Below, in pieces: positions 9,291 to 19,900 of a DNA stretch of 64,000 nt. Source of the DNA: a virus; the IMG/VR virus record IMGVR_UViG_3300027719_000003, positions 9,586-73,585 of that record, one strand, 5' to 3'. A model generated the notes under the pieces. It was given only the letters and a program-made list of their open reading frames with translations. It was not told the origin of the DNA and made no database searches. A program made the translations under genes and the position numbers. Position 1 is the first letter of the stretch; each line of letters begins with the position of its first letter.

Positions 9291-10242
9291 ATTTCAGATA
9301 CTCTTTAAGTATCGTTGGAACACTTTGACAAAGCGCCAACAAGAGATGCTATTGAAAAAGAAGCCAAAGCGTCGTTATTATCCTATCGCCATAGAGCATT
9401 CTTATGCGGAAAGTATATCGGCTTCTATGAAGATAGTGACAGCCTCAGTGCTGGGCAGGCTTGAGGGAAAGTTGGCAACATGGATGAAGATGAATGACCG
9501 TGGTGTCAGAGTAGATAGCCCCGATGATGAACTTGAAGCCATTCTAAAAGAAGTTGAAGAAGAGATAGCCGCTATGTTTACAACAGGGGCATCACTAGGC
9601 GCTGTGTTCGATTATGTCGAATCAGTTGCTAATCGTATCTTTGGTTTTGAAGAGATACAGTGGCAGTCACAGATAGAAGTTGTGTTGGGTATCCCATTGA
9701 AAACTGGTGCTCCGTGGTGGCCAGAGACGCAGAAACTATGGGTAAACGAAAATCACCGGCTGATTAAGAGTCTATCACAAGAATATATTACGAAGCTCAA
9801 TACACTATTGACTACAGGCTTTCAGTCAGGATGGTCATACGAAGAAATGGTTGGGGCTATTCAAAAGTTATCAGACAAGATTACTGGTTATCGCGCACGA
9901 CTCATAGCGCGTGATCAGGTTGGTAAGCTCCAGTATGCAATAACTAGGAACCAATTTGAGTCAATAGGTATGGATGGATATATCTGGTTGACTGCTCGTG
10001 ATGAGCGTGTGCGTGGAAATCCAAATGGAAGATACCCAAAGGCGATTCCTTCACATTGGATTATGGATGACAAGGTATGCAAGTTCAGTGATCCCCATGT
10101 GTTTTCCGAGACTGGTGACGAATGGTTGCCTCGATATGCGACAATGCCAGACGTACATCCGGGACAAGCCATTATGTGCAGGTGCACAAGCACTCCATAC
10201 TGGCTTCCGGTTCTTAGAGAAGCAATAGGGTCAAAGATATAG
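9268..10242 (+). CDS. Minor head morphogenesis protein (SPP1 gp7 / Mu gpF family)
   Basis: RARLIARDQ, YIWLTARDERVR, HPGQAIMCRC. Confidence 0.92.
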   Translation: MTPTSKNEFQILFKYRWNTLTKRQQEMLLKKKPKRRYYPIAIEHSYAESISASMKIVTASVLGRLEGKLATWMKMNDRGVRVDSPDDELEAILKEVEEEIAAMFTTGASLGAVFDYVESVANRIFGFEEIQWQSQIEVVLGIPLKTGAPWWPETQKLWVNENHRLIKSLSQEYITKLNTLLTTGFQSGWSYEEMVGAIQKLSDKITGYRARLIARDQVGKLQYAITRNQFESIGMDGYIWLTARDERVRGNPNGRYPKAIPSHWIMDDKVCKFSDPHVFSETGDEWLPRYATMPDVHPGQAIMCRCTSTPYWLPVLREAIGSKI

Positions 10243-10251
10243 GAGGATACG

Positions 10252-10419
10252 ATGCGATGTACGCCGGAACTGCTAAACCGTATTCAAGAAGCCGTTGAAG
10301 GCATTGAGTATGGTACAGTGAGAATTACAGTTAATGATAAAGGCACCTATACGGAGATTAGTGTAGAAAAGAAAGACCGCATATTCAAGGTCTCCACTGC
10401 ACCATATCACGAAGGATAA
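10252..10419 (+). CDS. Small protein, DUF2292/YezD-like (55 aa)
   Basis: AGGAGG RBS; IQEAVEGIEYGTVRITVNDKG...ISVEKKDR pattern. Confidence 0.65.
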   Translation: MRCTPELLNRIQEAVEGIEYGTVRITVNDKGTYTEISVEKKDRIFKVSTAPYHEG

Positions 10420-10500
10420 ACAATTTGAGGCATTTGTTTAGTTTTTGTGCTATAGGCGAAAATAGTCTATATGCAAATCTGAATATATAGGAGGTGCTAT

Positions 10501-10563
10501 ATGTCTTGTGGTACGGGGAAGAAAAAGCCCAAACCCGATAGCCCAAAGCCTAAGAAGAAGTAG
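10501..10563 (+). CDS. Lys-rich micropeptide (20 aa)
   Basis: AGGAGGT RBS 5 nt before ATG; MSCGTGKKKPKPDSPKPKKK*. Confidence 0.55.
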   Translation: MSCGTGKKKPKPDSPKPKKK

Positions 10564-10570
10564 GTGAAGT

Positions 10571-11800
10571 ATGGCAAACAGATTTGATACGATTTTGGCA
10601 CCTGACTGGATGTATACAAAGTTTGAGAAAACACCAGAGGGGTTCCTGAAGGGTAGAGCAGTCATCTGTAGTACGGGTATTTATGAATACCGCAGAGCTG
10701 ACGGCTCCATTGTGAAGGAGCTAAGGCTACCTGAAGAGGTATTTGCCCCTGCCTTCCTTGAATCACTTAAACTCAAACCAGTTACGCTTGGTCATCCTGA
10801 TGAGATGGTTACAGTAGATAATGTCCAAAAGTACCAGAAGGGTACACTAGGCGACAATCCTTCCAGTCCAAGTGGTACAGAGGGTAAACCCAACATGGTT
10901 GGTGGACAAGCTGGGTACCAGTTTTATAACACCGATATGTACCACGTGTCTATCGATATGATAATTCACGATGCCGACACCATTCGCGCTATTGAAGATG
11001 GCACGGATGAGTTGAGTGTGGGATATAGTTGTGATCTTGAACCGGCTACCCCCGGTGCTAGATTTTTGGGTCAGACCTATGATTACATTCAACGGCATCT
11101 TATCGCTAATCATGTTGCTGTGGTGGATACAGCTAGGGCCGGAGATGCCGCTAGAATACGTTTGGATTCCGACGATGCTATACTGGTAGATGCCAGCGAG
11201 CACGTTGAGGTTAATACAGGAGGAAACAATATGCCCGATCTGAAGATGTTCAAGATCGACGGAGTAGAATACTCTGCTGAGGCTAGGGTGCTGGAAGAGC
11301 TTCATACCGTTACGGTTAAGGCTGATGGGCTCAAAACGAGTCTTGATGCGCTGACTACGGAGAAGACTCAGCTCGAAGCAAAGTGTGATTCAGAGAAGGA
11401 TCGTGCTGACATCGCTGAAGCGAAGGTCAAGGAGCTTGAGGCCAAGAAGATAGATCAGGCCGTGATTGATGTCGCCGTAGCGCGTAAGCTCCGTATTCTT
11501 GACGCGGCACGAGTGGCTGAGGTCGAGGTTACGGATGGCATGGCCGAGGTCGATATTCAGAAGGCCGTCATTACGAAGGTATTCCCCAAGGCAATCCTTG
11601 ATGGCAAGGACAGTGTATACGTGGATGCCCGTTTTGATGGAGCGATCGAGACACTTGTCACTGTAGCCGAAATTACAGCGGATGCGTCTGTTCGCAATCT
11701 GAATGGTCATGTGGATAGTGTTGAATTGGTGGATGCGTCTAAGGCTCGTGAAAAGTACATTGAGAGGCTTCAGCACGCTCACAACGTCTCTAAAGAATAA
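10571..11800 (+). CDS. Prohead protease-scaffold fusion (DUF2213)
   Basis: TPEGFL, KPVTLGHP, ELSVGYSCD, NHVAVVDTARAG; coiled-coil C-terminal half. Confidence 0.9.
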   Translation: MANRFDTILAPDWMYTKFEKTPEGFLKGRAVICSTGIYEYRRADGSIVKELRLPEEVFAPAFLESLKLKPVTLGHPDEMVTVDNVQKYQKGTLGDNPSSPSGTEGKPNMVGGQAGYQFYNTDMYHVSIDMIIHDADTIRAIEDGTDELSVGYSCDLEPATPGARFLGQTYDYIQRHLIANHVAVVDTARAGDAARIRLDSDDAILVDASEHVEVNTGGNNMPDLKMFKIDGVEYSAEARVLEELHTVTVKADGLKTSLDALTTEKTQLEAKCDSEKDRADIAEAKVKELEAKKIDQAVIDVAVARKLRILDAARVAEVEVTDGMAEVDIQKAVITKVFPKAILDGKDSVYVDARFDGAIETLVTVAEITADASVRNLNGHVDSVELVDASKAREKYIERLQHAHNVSKE

Positions 11801-11811
11801 GGAGGAATAGC

Positions 11812-12258
11812 ATGGGTGCTTATGGAACTATGGATGTCGCTATTCTCGGTCTGCCCTATGGTCTGGACTTTGAAGTTGAGAGCTTCCCTGCCGCCGCCGC
11901 GATAACGGCTGGTCGGCCTGTATATCAGACTCCGGGTACTCCGGGTTCGGTTCACCCGACGTATGCGTCTGGTGATGTGTTTATCGGTATTGCGTTGTTT
12001 GATCAGCGGGCCTCTGTTGATACTGTAGGAACTTACGATCAGTATGATGTCGTGAATGTTCTTACTGAGGGGCAGATTTGGGTGCAGGCTTCTGCGGCGG
12101 TTTCGACTGCTCCGGTTGCCGCGTATGCTACGTCTGGCGGTCTTTTTTCGCCGACTGCTTCTGGTAACTACAACGGTGGTTGTATGTTCCGTGGTAATCA
12201 GGCGACGGTCTCTGGTCTCGTGCTTGTTGAAGTCAACGGCCCGAAGCTGGTTGCGTAA
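11812..12258 (+). CDS. Head decoration/cement protein
   Basis: Position between protease and MCP; VNVLTEGQIWV motif. Confidence 0.75.
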   Translation: MGAYGTMDVAILGLPYGLDFEVESFPAAAAITAGRPVYQTPGTPGSVHPTYASGDVFIGIALFDQRASVDTVGTYDQYDVVNVLTEGQIWVQASAAVSTAPVAAYATSGGLFSPTASGNYNGGCMFRGNQATVSGLVLVEVNGPKLVA

Positions 12259-12277
12259 GTTGAAGGAGGAATAGAAT

Positions 12278-13210
12278 ATGGCTACTAAGTACGACGCTTT
12301 CAACATCGACGCCAACGAGTCGGCTTTCTTCAAGCGTGAGCTTGAGGTGGTTAAGTCTAAGACGTTTGATGTTAAGTATAAGCCTAACATGGCTTTCAGT
12401 CTCTTTCCTGTTTCCAGCGAGGCCAGTCCAGCCGCTGAGGTTATTACTTGGCGGCAGTTTTCCCGCGTTGGTATGGCCAAGATGGTTGCTGACTATGCTA
12501 CGGACTTCCCCCGTGTGGACATCTATGGGGTAGAGTATTCGGTTAAGCCCAAGGACATTGGTTCTTCGTATGGTTACTCCATAGCGGAGATTCGCCGTGC
12601 GGCTATGGCTGGTCTGCCCCTTGAAACCCGCAGAGCTGAAGCGGCTCGCAGGGCGATTGAGGACAAGCTGAACAGTATTGCCTTTAGTGGTGATTCGGCT
12701 ACCAACCTGAAGGGCTTCATTAACTACTCTGGTATTACAGAGTACACTGTTGCTTCCGGAGGCACAGGTGGCACCAAAACTTGGAGCACCAAGTCTGCGG
12801 ATCAGATTCTGGATGACATGAATGGCATCGTCCACGCTGTAGTGTCAGCGACGAATGGCATTGAACAACCTGATGTGATGTTGCTTCCGCTGGAGCAGTA
12901 CAATCTGATTTCTACCAAGCGCCTCGGCACTGATTCGGATACCACTGTTCTGGAATACTTCCTCAAGACCAACCGCTATATCAAGCGGGTGGAGTGGGTT
13001 ACGGAATTGGCGGATGCTGGTGATAGCACGACAGATAGAATGATGGTGTACGTGAACGACTCCAATCATCTCAATCTTGAAGTGCCCCTTATGTTTGAGC
13101 AGTACGATGCCGATAAGTCGGGCCTTAGCTACTCAATCCCGTGCATGGCGAGAACCGCAGGTATAATAATTTTCTACCCGGCCAGCGTTTCTTATGCGGA
13201 TGGAATCTGA
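12278..13210 (+). CDS. Major capsid protein (DUF2184-type HK97 fold)
   Basis: YGYSIAEIRRA, NSIAFSGD...GFIN, PDVMLLP, terminal YADGI; 310 aa. Confidence 0.92.
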   Translation: MATKYDAFNIDANESAFFKRELEVVKSKTFDVKYKPNMAFSLFPVSSEASPAAEVITWRQFSRVGMAKMVADYATDFPRVDIYGVEYSVKPKDIGSSYGYSIAEIRRAAMAGLPLETRRAEAARRAIEDKLNSIAFSGDSATNLKGFINYSGITEYTVASGGTGGTKTWSTKSADQILDDMNGIVHAVVSATNGIEQPDVMLLPLEQYNLISTKRLGTDSDTTVLEYFLKTNRYIKRVEWVTELADAGDSTTDRMMVYVNDSNHLNLEVPLMFEQYDADKSGLSYSIPCMARTAGIIIFYPASVSYADGI

Positions 13211-13241
13211 GTAATTCCTTTTAGTATAAGGAATTAGATGT

Positions 13242-13274
13242 GGTTGGGTCAGCACAAAAACTGACCCAACTTTA
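13242..13274 (+). terminator. Intrinsic terminator after MCP
   Basis: GTTGGGTCAG-CACAAAAA-CTGACCCAAC followed by TTT. Confidence 0.8.
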
Positions 13275-13315
13275 CTTCTTTACAGAACAGTTAGTGGATA
13301 TACCACAAGGAGAAC

Positions 13316-13771
13316 ATGATGATAGTAAACTGGGCAAAAAATAACATGAAAGTTATTCCCGCGCACGCACCTACGGCACTTGATCCTAGTGCGAATTCGC
13401 GTTTCTGTACGCTGGCTCCCGGCTATAATGAAATAGCTGATGAGTTGTGGCATGATGCCCGCATGTTTGTTGCCGATGACATAGCCTCCGGCAAGATCGT
13501 TGAGGAGTGGGTGAAGGCCCCCCGGCCCGAGAAGCCAGAAGACCTTCCGCTGATATGGTGTGAGCTTGAGGATGGTCGTGAATCCAAGTCGATTCGTATA
13601 CCGGCAAAGCTCCTCGATATAGCTCGCCCCGGTGTAATCAAGCGCGTCGTAGAAGGAACCTTCCATCCGGCTACGCTGGCCAAGTGGGCTGATGAAGAGA
13701 GTCGCCCCGATGTACAGGCCGCGCTTCAGAAACAGATCAAGGCTGTTGATGCCGGTGAGATTGTAGGATAA
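13316..13771 (+). CDS. Hypothetical virion assembly protein
   Basis: AAGGAG RBS; position after MCP. Confidence 0.75.
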   Translation: MMIVNWAKNNMKVIPAHAPTALDPSANSRFCTLAPGYNEIADELWHDARMFVADDIASGKIVEEWVKAPRPEKPEDLPLIWCELEDGRESKSIRIPAKLLDIARPGVIKRVVEGTFHPATLAKWADEESRPDVQAALQKQIKAVDAGEIVG

Positions 13772-13784
13772 GTAGGAGAGTGCC

Positions 13785-14150
13785 ATGACACCGGAAGAGT
13801 ACATCGAGCTAGTCTGCCCTGCACTGTATACCAGCACAGTAATGTCAGGTTACATTACGATAGCGTCTGGCTTGACCTCTCCCGCGTTTTTTGGCGATCA
13901 ATGGGGGCTTGCGACTGCGTTGCTTGCCTCCCATGAATACTTCCTTAGTATATCGCGTGGTGGTCAAGCTGGAGTTGAAACCTATAAGATGGAGGGGCGT
14001 TTGGCGCTGTCTACGGGCGGTGTGGGCGTTCTTCGTGACCCGCTTGACCTAACCAACTACGGTATGCGATATAAGGCACTAAGGCAAAGTAGGATGGCAG
14101 GAGTATCCATTACGGACTCCGCTATTGTGCAAGCCTTTTTAGGGGGCTAA
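13785..14150 (+). CDS. Head-tail adaptor (DUF4054-like)
   Basis: ATALLASHE and LTNYGMRY motifs; synteny. Confidence 0.75.
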   Translation: MTPEEYIELVCPALYTSTVMSGYITIASGLTSPAFFGDQWGLATALLASHEYFLSISRGGQAGVETYKMEGRLALSTGGVGVLRDPLDLTNYGMRYKALRQSRMAGVSITDSAIVQAFLGG

Positions 14151-14153
14151 CCT

Positions 14154-14492
14154 ATGGTGTTTAATGAGTTTCAGGAAACACTACAGGTATGGCGACGGAT
14201 GCCGCCCTCTGGTCTGTATGATGATGCAGTATGGACATTACATGCGACGATAAGCGGTAGAATAGAGCCAATGTCTGTTAAGGATTCTTTCTTGAACGAT
14301 CAGACATTGGCGAATGCAACGGATATAGCTTTGATCCCCTATGAGTATCGAGATTCAGTACAGACAGGGGATGGTATTATAGATACAGACGGAATACAGC
14401 GGAAGATCATCGGACAGCCTGAACGGTGGAAGTGGATGATTCCTCATGTTGTGTGTACGCTAGAGCGGGCACAGTGGGATTTGGGGGGCTAA
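14154..14492 (+). CDS. Putative head closure protein
   Basis: Size and synteny; beta-rich. Confidence 0.55.
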   Translation: MVFNEFQETLQVWRRMPPSGLYDDAVWTLHATISGRIEPMSVKDSFLNDQTLANATDIALIPYEYRDSVQTGDGIIDTDGIQRKIIGQPERWKWMIPHVVCTLERAQWDLGG

Positions 14493-14493
14493 G

Positions 14494-15096
14494 ATGGCTT
14501 CGTACACACATAAGGTTGGGAGTGCCGTAAAGTTCACTGGTGCTTTGGCTAAGGCGAACTTTGAACGTGAACAGTCTATTGTTATGCTCGGTATGCTTCA
14601 GCGGGCGGGTGTAGAAATTTCGGCGCTCATGCGAAAAGAAACCGAGCCGTATGATTTTGAGAAAACACTATCACAGTCCATTACATGGCGTACTTCCAAA
14701 AATAGTGGCAAGATTTCCAATCCAGAACACATGATAGATGCCCCCTCTGCCAATAATGCAGTGGATGTAGGTAGTCATGCTCCCCATGCGTGGTATCGTG
14801 AATATGGTGCTGGTACCCATATAAGTAAAGAGGGTTCTGAAGCGTTTCTTGCCAATATGCGTGCGTGGGTACAGGAGAAGATTGGGATAAACCCGGATGG
14901 CTCTGATGAAGAGCGTGGCATATTCTGGGCAATCGTAAAGAGCATACGTAATGGCCCCGATGCACAGAGAAGTGAGCAGGGTAAGAAACCGTTTGTAGCT
15001 CCTGTTGAGCCGGAGATACCGGGGATTGCTTCTCAGATATCACAAGATGCTCTAACACAGATGTGGGCGAAACTGGAAAGGAAGTACAAGCCATGA
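14494..15096 (+). CDS. Putative tail completion/neck protein (HK97 gp10-like)
   Basis: LSQSI, VGSHAPHAWYREYGAG, KPFVAP motifs. Confidence 0.7.
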   Translation: MASYTHKVGSAVKFTGALAKANFEREQSIVMLGMLQRAGVEISALMRKETEPYDFEKTLSQSITWRTSKNSGKISNPEHMIDAPSANNAVDVGSHAPHAWYREYGAGTHISKEGSEAFLANMRAWVQEKIGINPDGSDEERGIFWAIVKSIRNGPDAQRSEQGKKPFVAPVEPEIPGIASQISQDALTQMWAKLERKYKP

Positions 15097-15512
15097 TACT
15101 ACAAGATTTGTACGTGTACTTCAAAACAGACGCTACACTATCTGGCCTTCTCGGCAGTTCTGATTCGATCTATAGGATACAGGTTCCAACGATAACTGGC
15201 ACTCCAAAGATGCCGTGGGTACTGATGGAAGTTACTAGCGGTTCTCGTACGAAAATCTCACAGACGAAAATGGAAGAGATAGCGTACGCGAGGATATCGG
15301 TGGATGCTGGCCCTACGCAGATAAACAAAGGTCAGCAGATAATAGAACGGTGTCAAGTAATGCTAGAGAATCTTCGGGGGGTAATTACTACGGCTACGGA
15401 TGTGCATGTAGTGGTTGGGGCTATACGAGGGTGGGCTGGTTTTAACGAGGCTTATAGGTATCAGTTTGATGCCACAATACGTTTTACAGAGGATTACACT
15501 CAACCTAGTTGA
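15093..15512 (+). CDS. Putative tail terminator
   Basis: ATGA overlap; IYR...MPWVLM; precedes the tail tube gene. Confidence 0.65.
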   Translation: MILQDLYVYFKTDATLSGLLGSSDSIYRIQVPTITGTPKMPWVLMEVTSGSRTKISQTKMEEIAYARISVDAGPTQINKGQQIIERCQVMLENLRGVITTATDVHVVVGAIRGWAGFNEAYRYQFDATIRFTEDYTQPS

Positions 15513-15528
15513 GTAACAGGAGGACTAT

Positions 15529-16182
15529 ATGGCCGAAAGCGCTTTGAACCGTCTCATTGGGGCGGACGCATCTCTTTACAAGATGACGTTCGGTACCCCC
15601 CTAGCCACTGGTACAATGACAAGTGGTTCGTGGTACATGATCGCATCAATTTCTGGAACTGCTACGTTCCCGTCTGGATATGTAGTTGGTGATCTATTCT
15701 TGGGTAAGGGTCAGACACTTAATGCTGGCAATACCGCTTCGCTTGCTACTTCAACGATAGTGTCTGACTGTAGCTCATTCTCGATGGAATTCTCTCGTGA
15801 TGAGATTGATGTCACGGTTCTCGCCGATGACATCAAGAAGTATCGTCCCGGTAAGACTGACCTTTCCGGCACGGTTGAGGGTATCAACTTCATTTCTGAA
15901 ATGAATAAGGATGGCTCGATTCTTAGTCGCTTTATGAAGTCTGTTTCTGCTACCGCCGATAACACTTCTACGCTTCGTGAGGTGGATGCTTCAGCGCTGT
16001 ATGGTCAGTTCTTCATTCAGGACAACACGACTGCCTCTGGTGAGACAAGCGCTTTCCTGTTCGGCCAGATTGAGCTTTATGGCTACAACCTTGGTGCGTC
16101 GGTTGGCGATGCACAGTCGTGGTCTTCAAATGTTCGATTCATAAACAACGACCCTGTGATGTATTTCAAGGCTAACAGCTAA
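15529..16182 (+). CDS. Major tail tube protein
   Basis: SMEFSRDEIDVTVLADDIKKYRPGKTDLSGT lambda-V-like tube motif; no sheath gene nearby. Confidence 0.8.
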   Translation: MAESALNRLIGADASLYKMTFGTPLATGTMTSGSWYMIASISGTATFPSGYVVGDLFLGKGQTLNAGNTASLATSTIVSDCSSFSMEFSRDEIDVTVLADDIKKYRPGKTDLSGTVEGINFISEMNKDGSILSRFMKSVSATADNTSTLREVDASALYGQFFIQDNTTASGETSAFLFGQIELYGYNLGASVGDAQSWSSNVRFINNDPVMYFKANS

Positions 16183-16216
16183 CAACCTTTCATATCCATA
16201 AGGAGGATATACCCCT

Positions 16217-16591
16217 ATGATTATTTCAGTTTCAACCAAGCGTGAGTTTACCCCCGAATTCAACGGTAACCGTAAACTTCCTGCCAATGAGCAGATGAAA
16301 ATTACTCACCGTGCCCCCACCGTAGCCATCAAGGAAAAGCTCTTCCCGAGGAAGTTCGAGTTCGATGGCAAGGGTGAGGTTTCTGGTTCTTTTGAGGTTG
16401 ACCGCAAGAAGATCATCGGCGAGCTTACCATCGATCTCATCAATATCGAATATGAGAGTGATGATGAGAAGAAAAAGGTTACTACGGTCACGCAGTTGTT
16501 TGGTGCGCCGGTAGAGTTTGATCCTCTTATTGAGGAATTGTACAACTACTACAACAGCATACTGAACGCAAGGCCGAATGAAAAAAACTAA
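16217..16591 (+). CDS. Tail assembly chaperone (gpG equivalent)
   Basis: Between tube and TMP genes; ends in A AAA AAC TAA slippery site. Confidence 0.8.
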   Translation: MIISVSTKREFTPEFNGNRKLPANEQMKITHRAPTVAIKEKLFPRKFEFDGKGEVSGSFEVDRKKIIGELTIDLINIEYESDDEKKKVTTVTQLFGAPVEFDPLIEELYNYYNSILNARPNEKN

Positions 16592-16664
16592 GAATAGCCT
16601 ACCGTCTCTTCCACGACGGTAGGCACAAGGACGTGTACCGCAAAGAGAAGGGACACGTCCTTGT
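16582..16664 (+). other. Programmed -1 ribosomal frameshift signal
   Basis: A_AAA_AAC at 16582-16588; 10-bp hairpin 16597-16624 and 12-bp hairpin 16625-16664; the -1 frame is open to 16950. Confidence 0.88.
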
Positions 16665-16950
16665 TCTAGCTAAAGAGATCAACGGTGAAGATGTCCTTGT
16701 GACTCGTGATGAGGTGCAAGGATATGTAGCCGATAAAGAGTTCCTGTACTTCCTCTCCATCTACCAATATACGAAGCTGTGGGGGATGCCTAACGGCAAT
16801 GGATGGGCGAATGAGCCTACGGATGTATTGGACGGACTGACGGCATTGGAACTGGAAGCCAAGTCTATAGAACATGAACAGATGGAGAAAAGCAGGAACA
16901 AGGGTGGGGCTAGTGGAAAGTCGCTAAACACTCGGTCACAGCAGATTTAG
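16588..16950 (+). CDS. Frameshift extension of the tail assembly chaperone (gpT equivalent)
   Basis: -1 frame LRIAYRLFHDGRHKDVYRKE...; MPNGNGWANEP motif. Confidence 0.8.
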   Translation, partial: LRIAYRLFHDGRHKDVYRKEKGHVLVLAKEINGEDVLVTRDEVQGYVADKEFLYFLSIYQYTKLWGMPNGNGWANEPTDVLDGLTALELEAKSIEHEQMEKSRNKGGASGKSLNTRSQQI

Positions 16951-16957
16951 GAGGCCC

Positions 16958-19900
16958 ATGATGGCGGCTGGTGCAGTTTATACACGACTTTACATTGAGG
17001 GCAATGAGTATTTTATGACCCTCAAGAAAGCACAAGCTCAGACGCAAGAATGGGCTAAAGATACTACCAAGAATGTTAATACTGTCGGGCGGGATTTTGC
17101 CAATCTCGCCCGTTCTGTTATAGGGATCACGGCATCGTTTCAGGCAGTAAAAAAAGTAGTATCGGAAGGTATTGATTTTAATAAGTTTGTTTCGGAGCAA
17201 ACCGCCGCCTTTGCTGTGATGATGAAGTCTACCGATGATGCCAGAGCAAAGATGGCAGAATTGTATAAGTTTGCTGTTGAGAGTCCGCTGACGTTCAAGG
17301 AAACGGTTAGTGCCTCGAAGCAGTTATTGGCGTATGGATTTTCTGCCGAGAGTCTAGTAAATAATATGGAAATGCTGGGAACAGTGGCGAAGGCTACTGG
17401 ACATTCCCTTGATGATATATCGTATGTCTATGGTACCTTGAAGACACAGGGTAGAGCGTATAGCCGCGACCTTATGCAGTTCGCTATGCGTGGTATACCC
17501 ATTTATGATGAACTAGCCAATGTTATGGGAACTACAACGCAAGCAATAAAGAAATTGACTGAACAAGGCGCTGTTGGTTTTGAGGAAGTAGAAAAGGCGT
17601 TCAAGAACATGACCGGTGAAGGTGGGCGCTTCGCTGGTATGATGGACGCATACATGAAGACCCTAAGTGGCCAGTTGAGTATGTTTGGTGATATTGCCCA
17701 ACAGAGTGCAGGAAAGATAGCATCTGGCACAACCACGGCACTCACAGAAGGTATTGGGGGTGTCATGGACGCCCTGAAGGATTCTAGTGGAGCATTTACC
17801 AATCTAGGTACAGACTTGGGTATGGTCGCTTCTGCCATGTTAAGTGTGGTCGAGGCGGCAATCAGACTGACCCCCGCCATTGTATTGATTGTAAAGACAC
17901 TTATAGTTGGTAAGATGCTTCAGATGATAACAACATTGCCGAAGCTAGTATTGGCTGGAAGTGCCGCGTTAAAAGCAATGACGATAAGCATTATGAGTGT
18001 CAATGCCGCGTTTAGCACATTAGGAACTGGTGCTGTGTGGTCTCTGAAGCTAATAGGCGGTCAACTTGCTGTACTAGGTACGGAACTTTTAGCACTTATG
18101 GCCAATCCTGCATTCCTAGCTATTGCTGGACTAGCGGCTGGTCTAGCAGTCACGGCTACCGCTATGGCACGCGCTAAGGCCGCTGATGTATCATTACGAG
18201 AGACCAATCCTAGAGAAGCACTCCGGCAAAATGTTATAGGAAATATGCAGGGGTCGTTTGCGGCGGATGCAACTGGAGCTACATCCAGCATTCAATATAC
18301 CACTACACAGGTAAGAGATGCCGCTAAAGAATTTGATCTTAGCTTATCCGACACCGTAAAAATTCTGCGTGATCTTGGTGTGGTGACGAATGGAACATAT
18401 ACCGAGATACAGAACGCAATCACCAAGGGTGAGGATAAGTTACTTCAGACCGCCTCTCGTGCTATGAAGTCTCGATGGGAGATTGAGGCGCAATGGTACG
18501 CTACTTTTGCTGGTAAAAGTGCGGCAGATTATACGAACCCCACTGAAAAAATATCCAAAGGTGTTCTGGCCGCAAACGATTACATCTCTACATTTGAGGC
18601 TGATCGTCAGGCGATGAAGGATGCCCTTGGATACGTTTTTAACAACGATGATCTTACTGATACCCTGACAAAAGAAATGACTGCTCTTAAAGAAAAACTC
18701 ATTGAGGGCGCGTCTGTGCTGAATTATGATGATACACAGTTTGATGATATCCTTCGTGCTAGAATCAAGGCAATAGAGAAACTTATAGCTGATGGTGCAG
18801 AAAAAGCAAAGACTATAGAGCATGACCTTTGGTTTACAAGAGAATGGCAAGCCAAGGCTTCTATTGATAAATTGGATGACCTAGACTTGGAACGAGATAA
18901 AGCACAGGCTACCGCTATTCAGAAAATGCAGAAAAAGGAAATAACAGAAAAAGAGTATGCTGATGCTTCTTTGGCAATAAATGAGTGGTATTACAACGAA
19001 CGGCAAGCAATGGAGAAAGAGCGACTGGAAAAATTGTATACTACATTGAAAGATGGTAATTCAGAAATGTTTTCTTTATACCGTCAATGGGCCGCACAAG
19101 ATTTTTCGGCAGGAGATTATGGGTCTGGCTTGAATAATTCTATTATGGCTGGGTTTGAAGGCACTACCATAGGCAAGTTTATCACTTCTACCGACAAAGC
19201 CGCACAAGCTCTAATCAATTTGGGTGAAGCGGCGGCAAAGGCCGCAGATGATTTTGTAAGCCAATTACTTGATAAAATAGAAGGCATAAACATCTCACAG
19301 TCTATAGATAATATAACTACAGGAATAGCGGACTTCGTAAATAATATATTTGGCTGGGGGGATGATGCCGCTGATAGTGTAGAAAATCTTCAAGATGCAA
19401 TTTCCAATTTAGAGGATTTGCTTGGTAGGTTACAGGATGAATTTGATGCCCTGATTGCCAGAGCAGAAGAATTGATAGGTATACAGGTTGACTCCATGCA
19501 AGCTCTGTACGAAGTTGGAGCCATGTCGGGTAGCCAGTACGAAACCGCTGTCAATGATTTGTGGGCACAAAATGCAGAAGAATTAAAGGCGGCGTATGAG
19601 TTGGCGGGGCAGACTTATCCCGAAGACTATGCTACTGAAGGCACGTTGACGGATGTATACGCCGCACTTGAAGCAGTGGCATACAAACTTGGGGTGACAC
19701 AAACACAATTAACTACAACACAGGCACAGTTGGATACCGCCCAAGGAGATACTTCGGGGCTATCTGATGCGGCGTCCGGGGCATTAGCTGGAGCCGGAAT
19801 TGGAGCTGGAATCGGCTCAATCATCCCCGGTATTGGTACAATAATCGGTGGCGCGGTAGGAGCTGGTGTTGGTGCCATTGGTGGTTTTGTGGGCGATCTC

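Noticed and set aside
10847-13837. - strand ORFs of 130-233 aa over the head genes
   Set aside because: Antisense shadows of codon-biased structural genes
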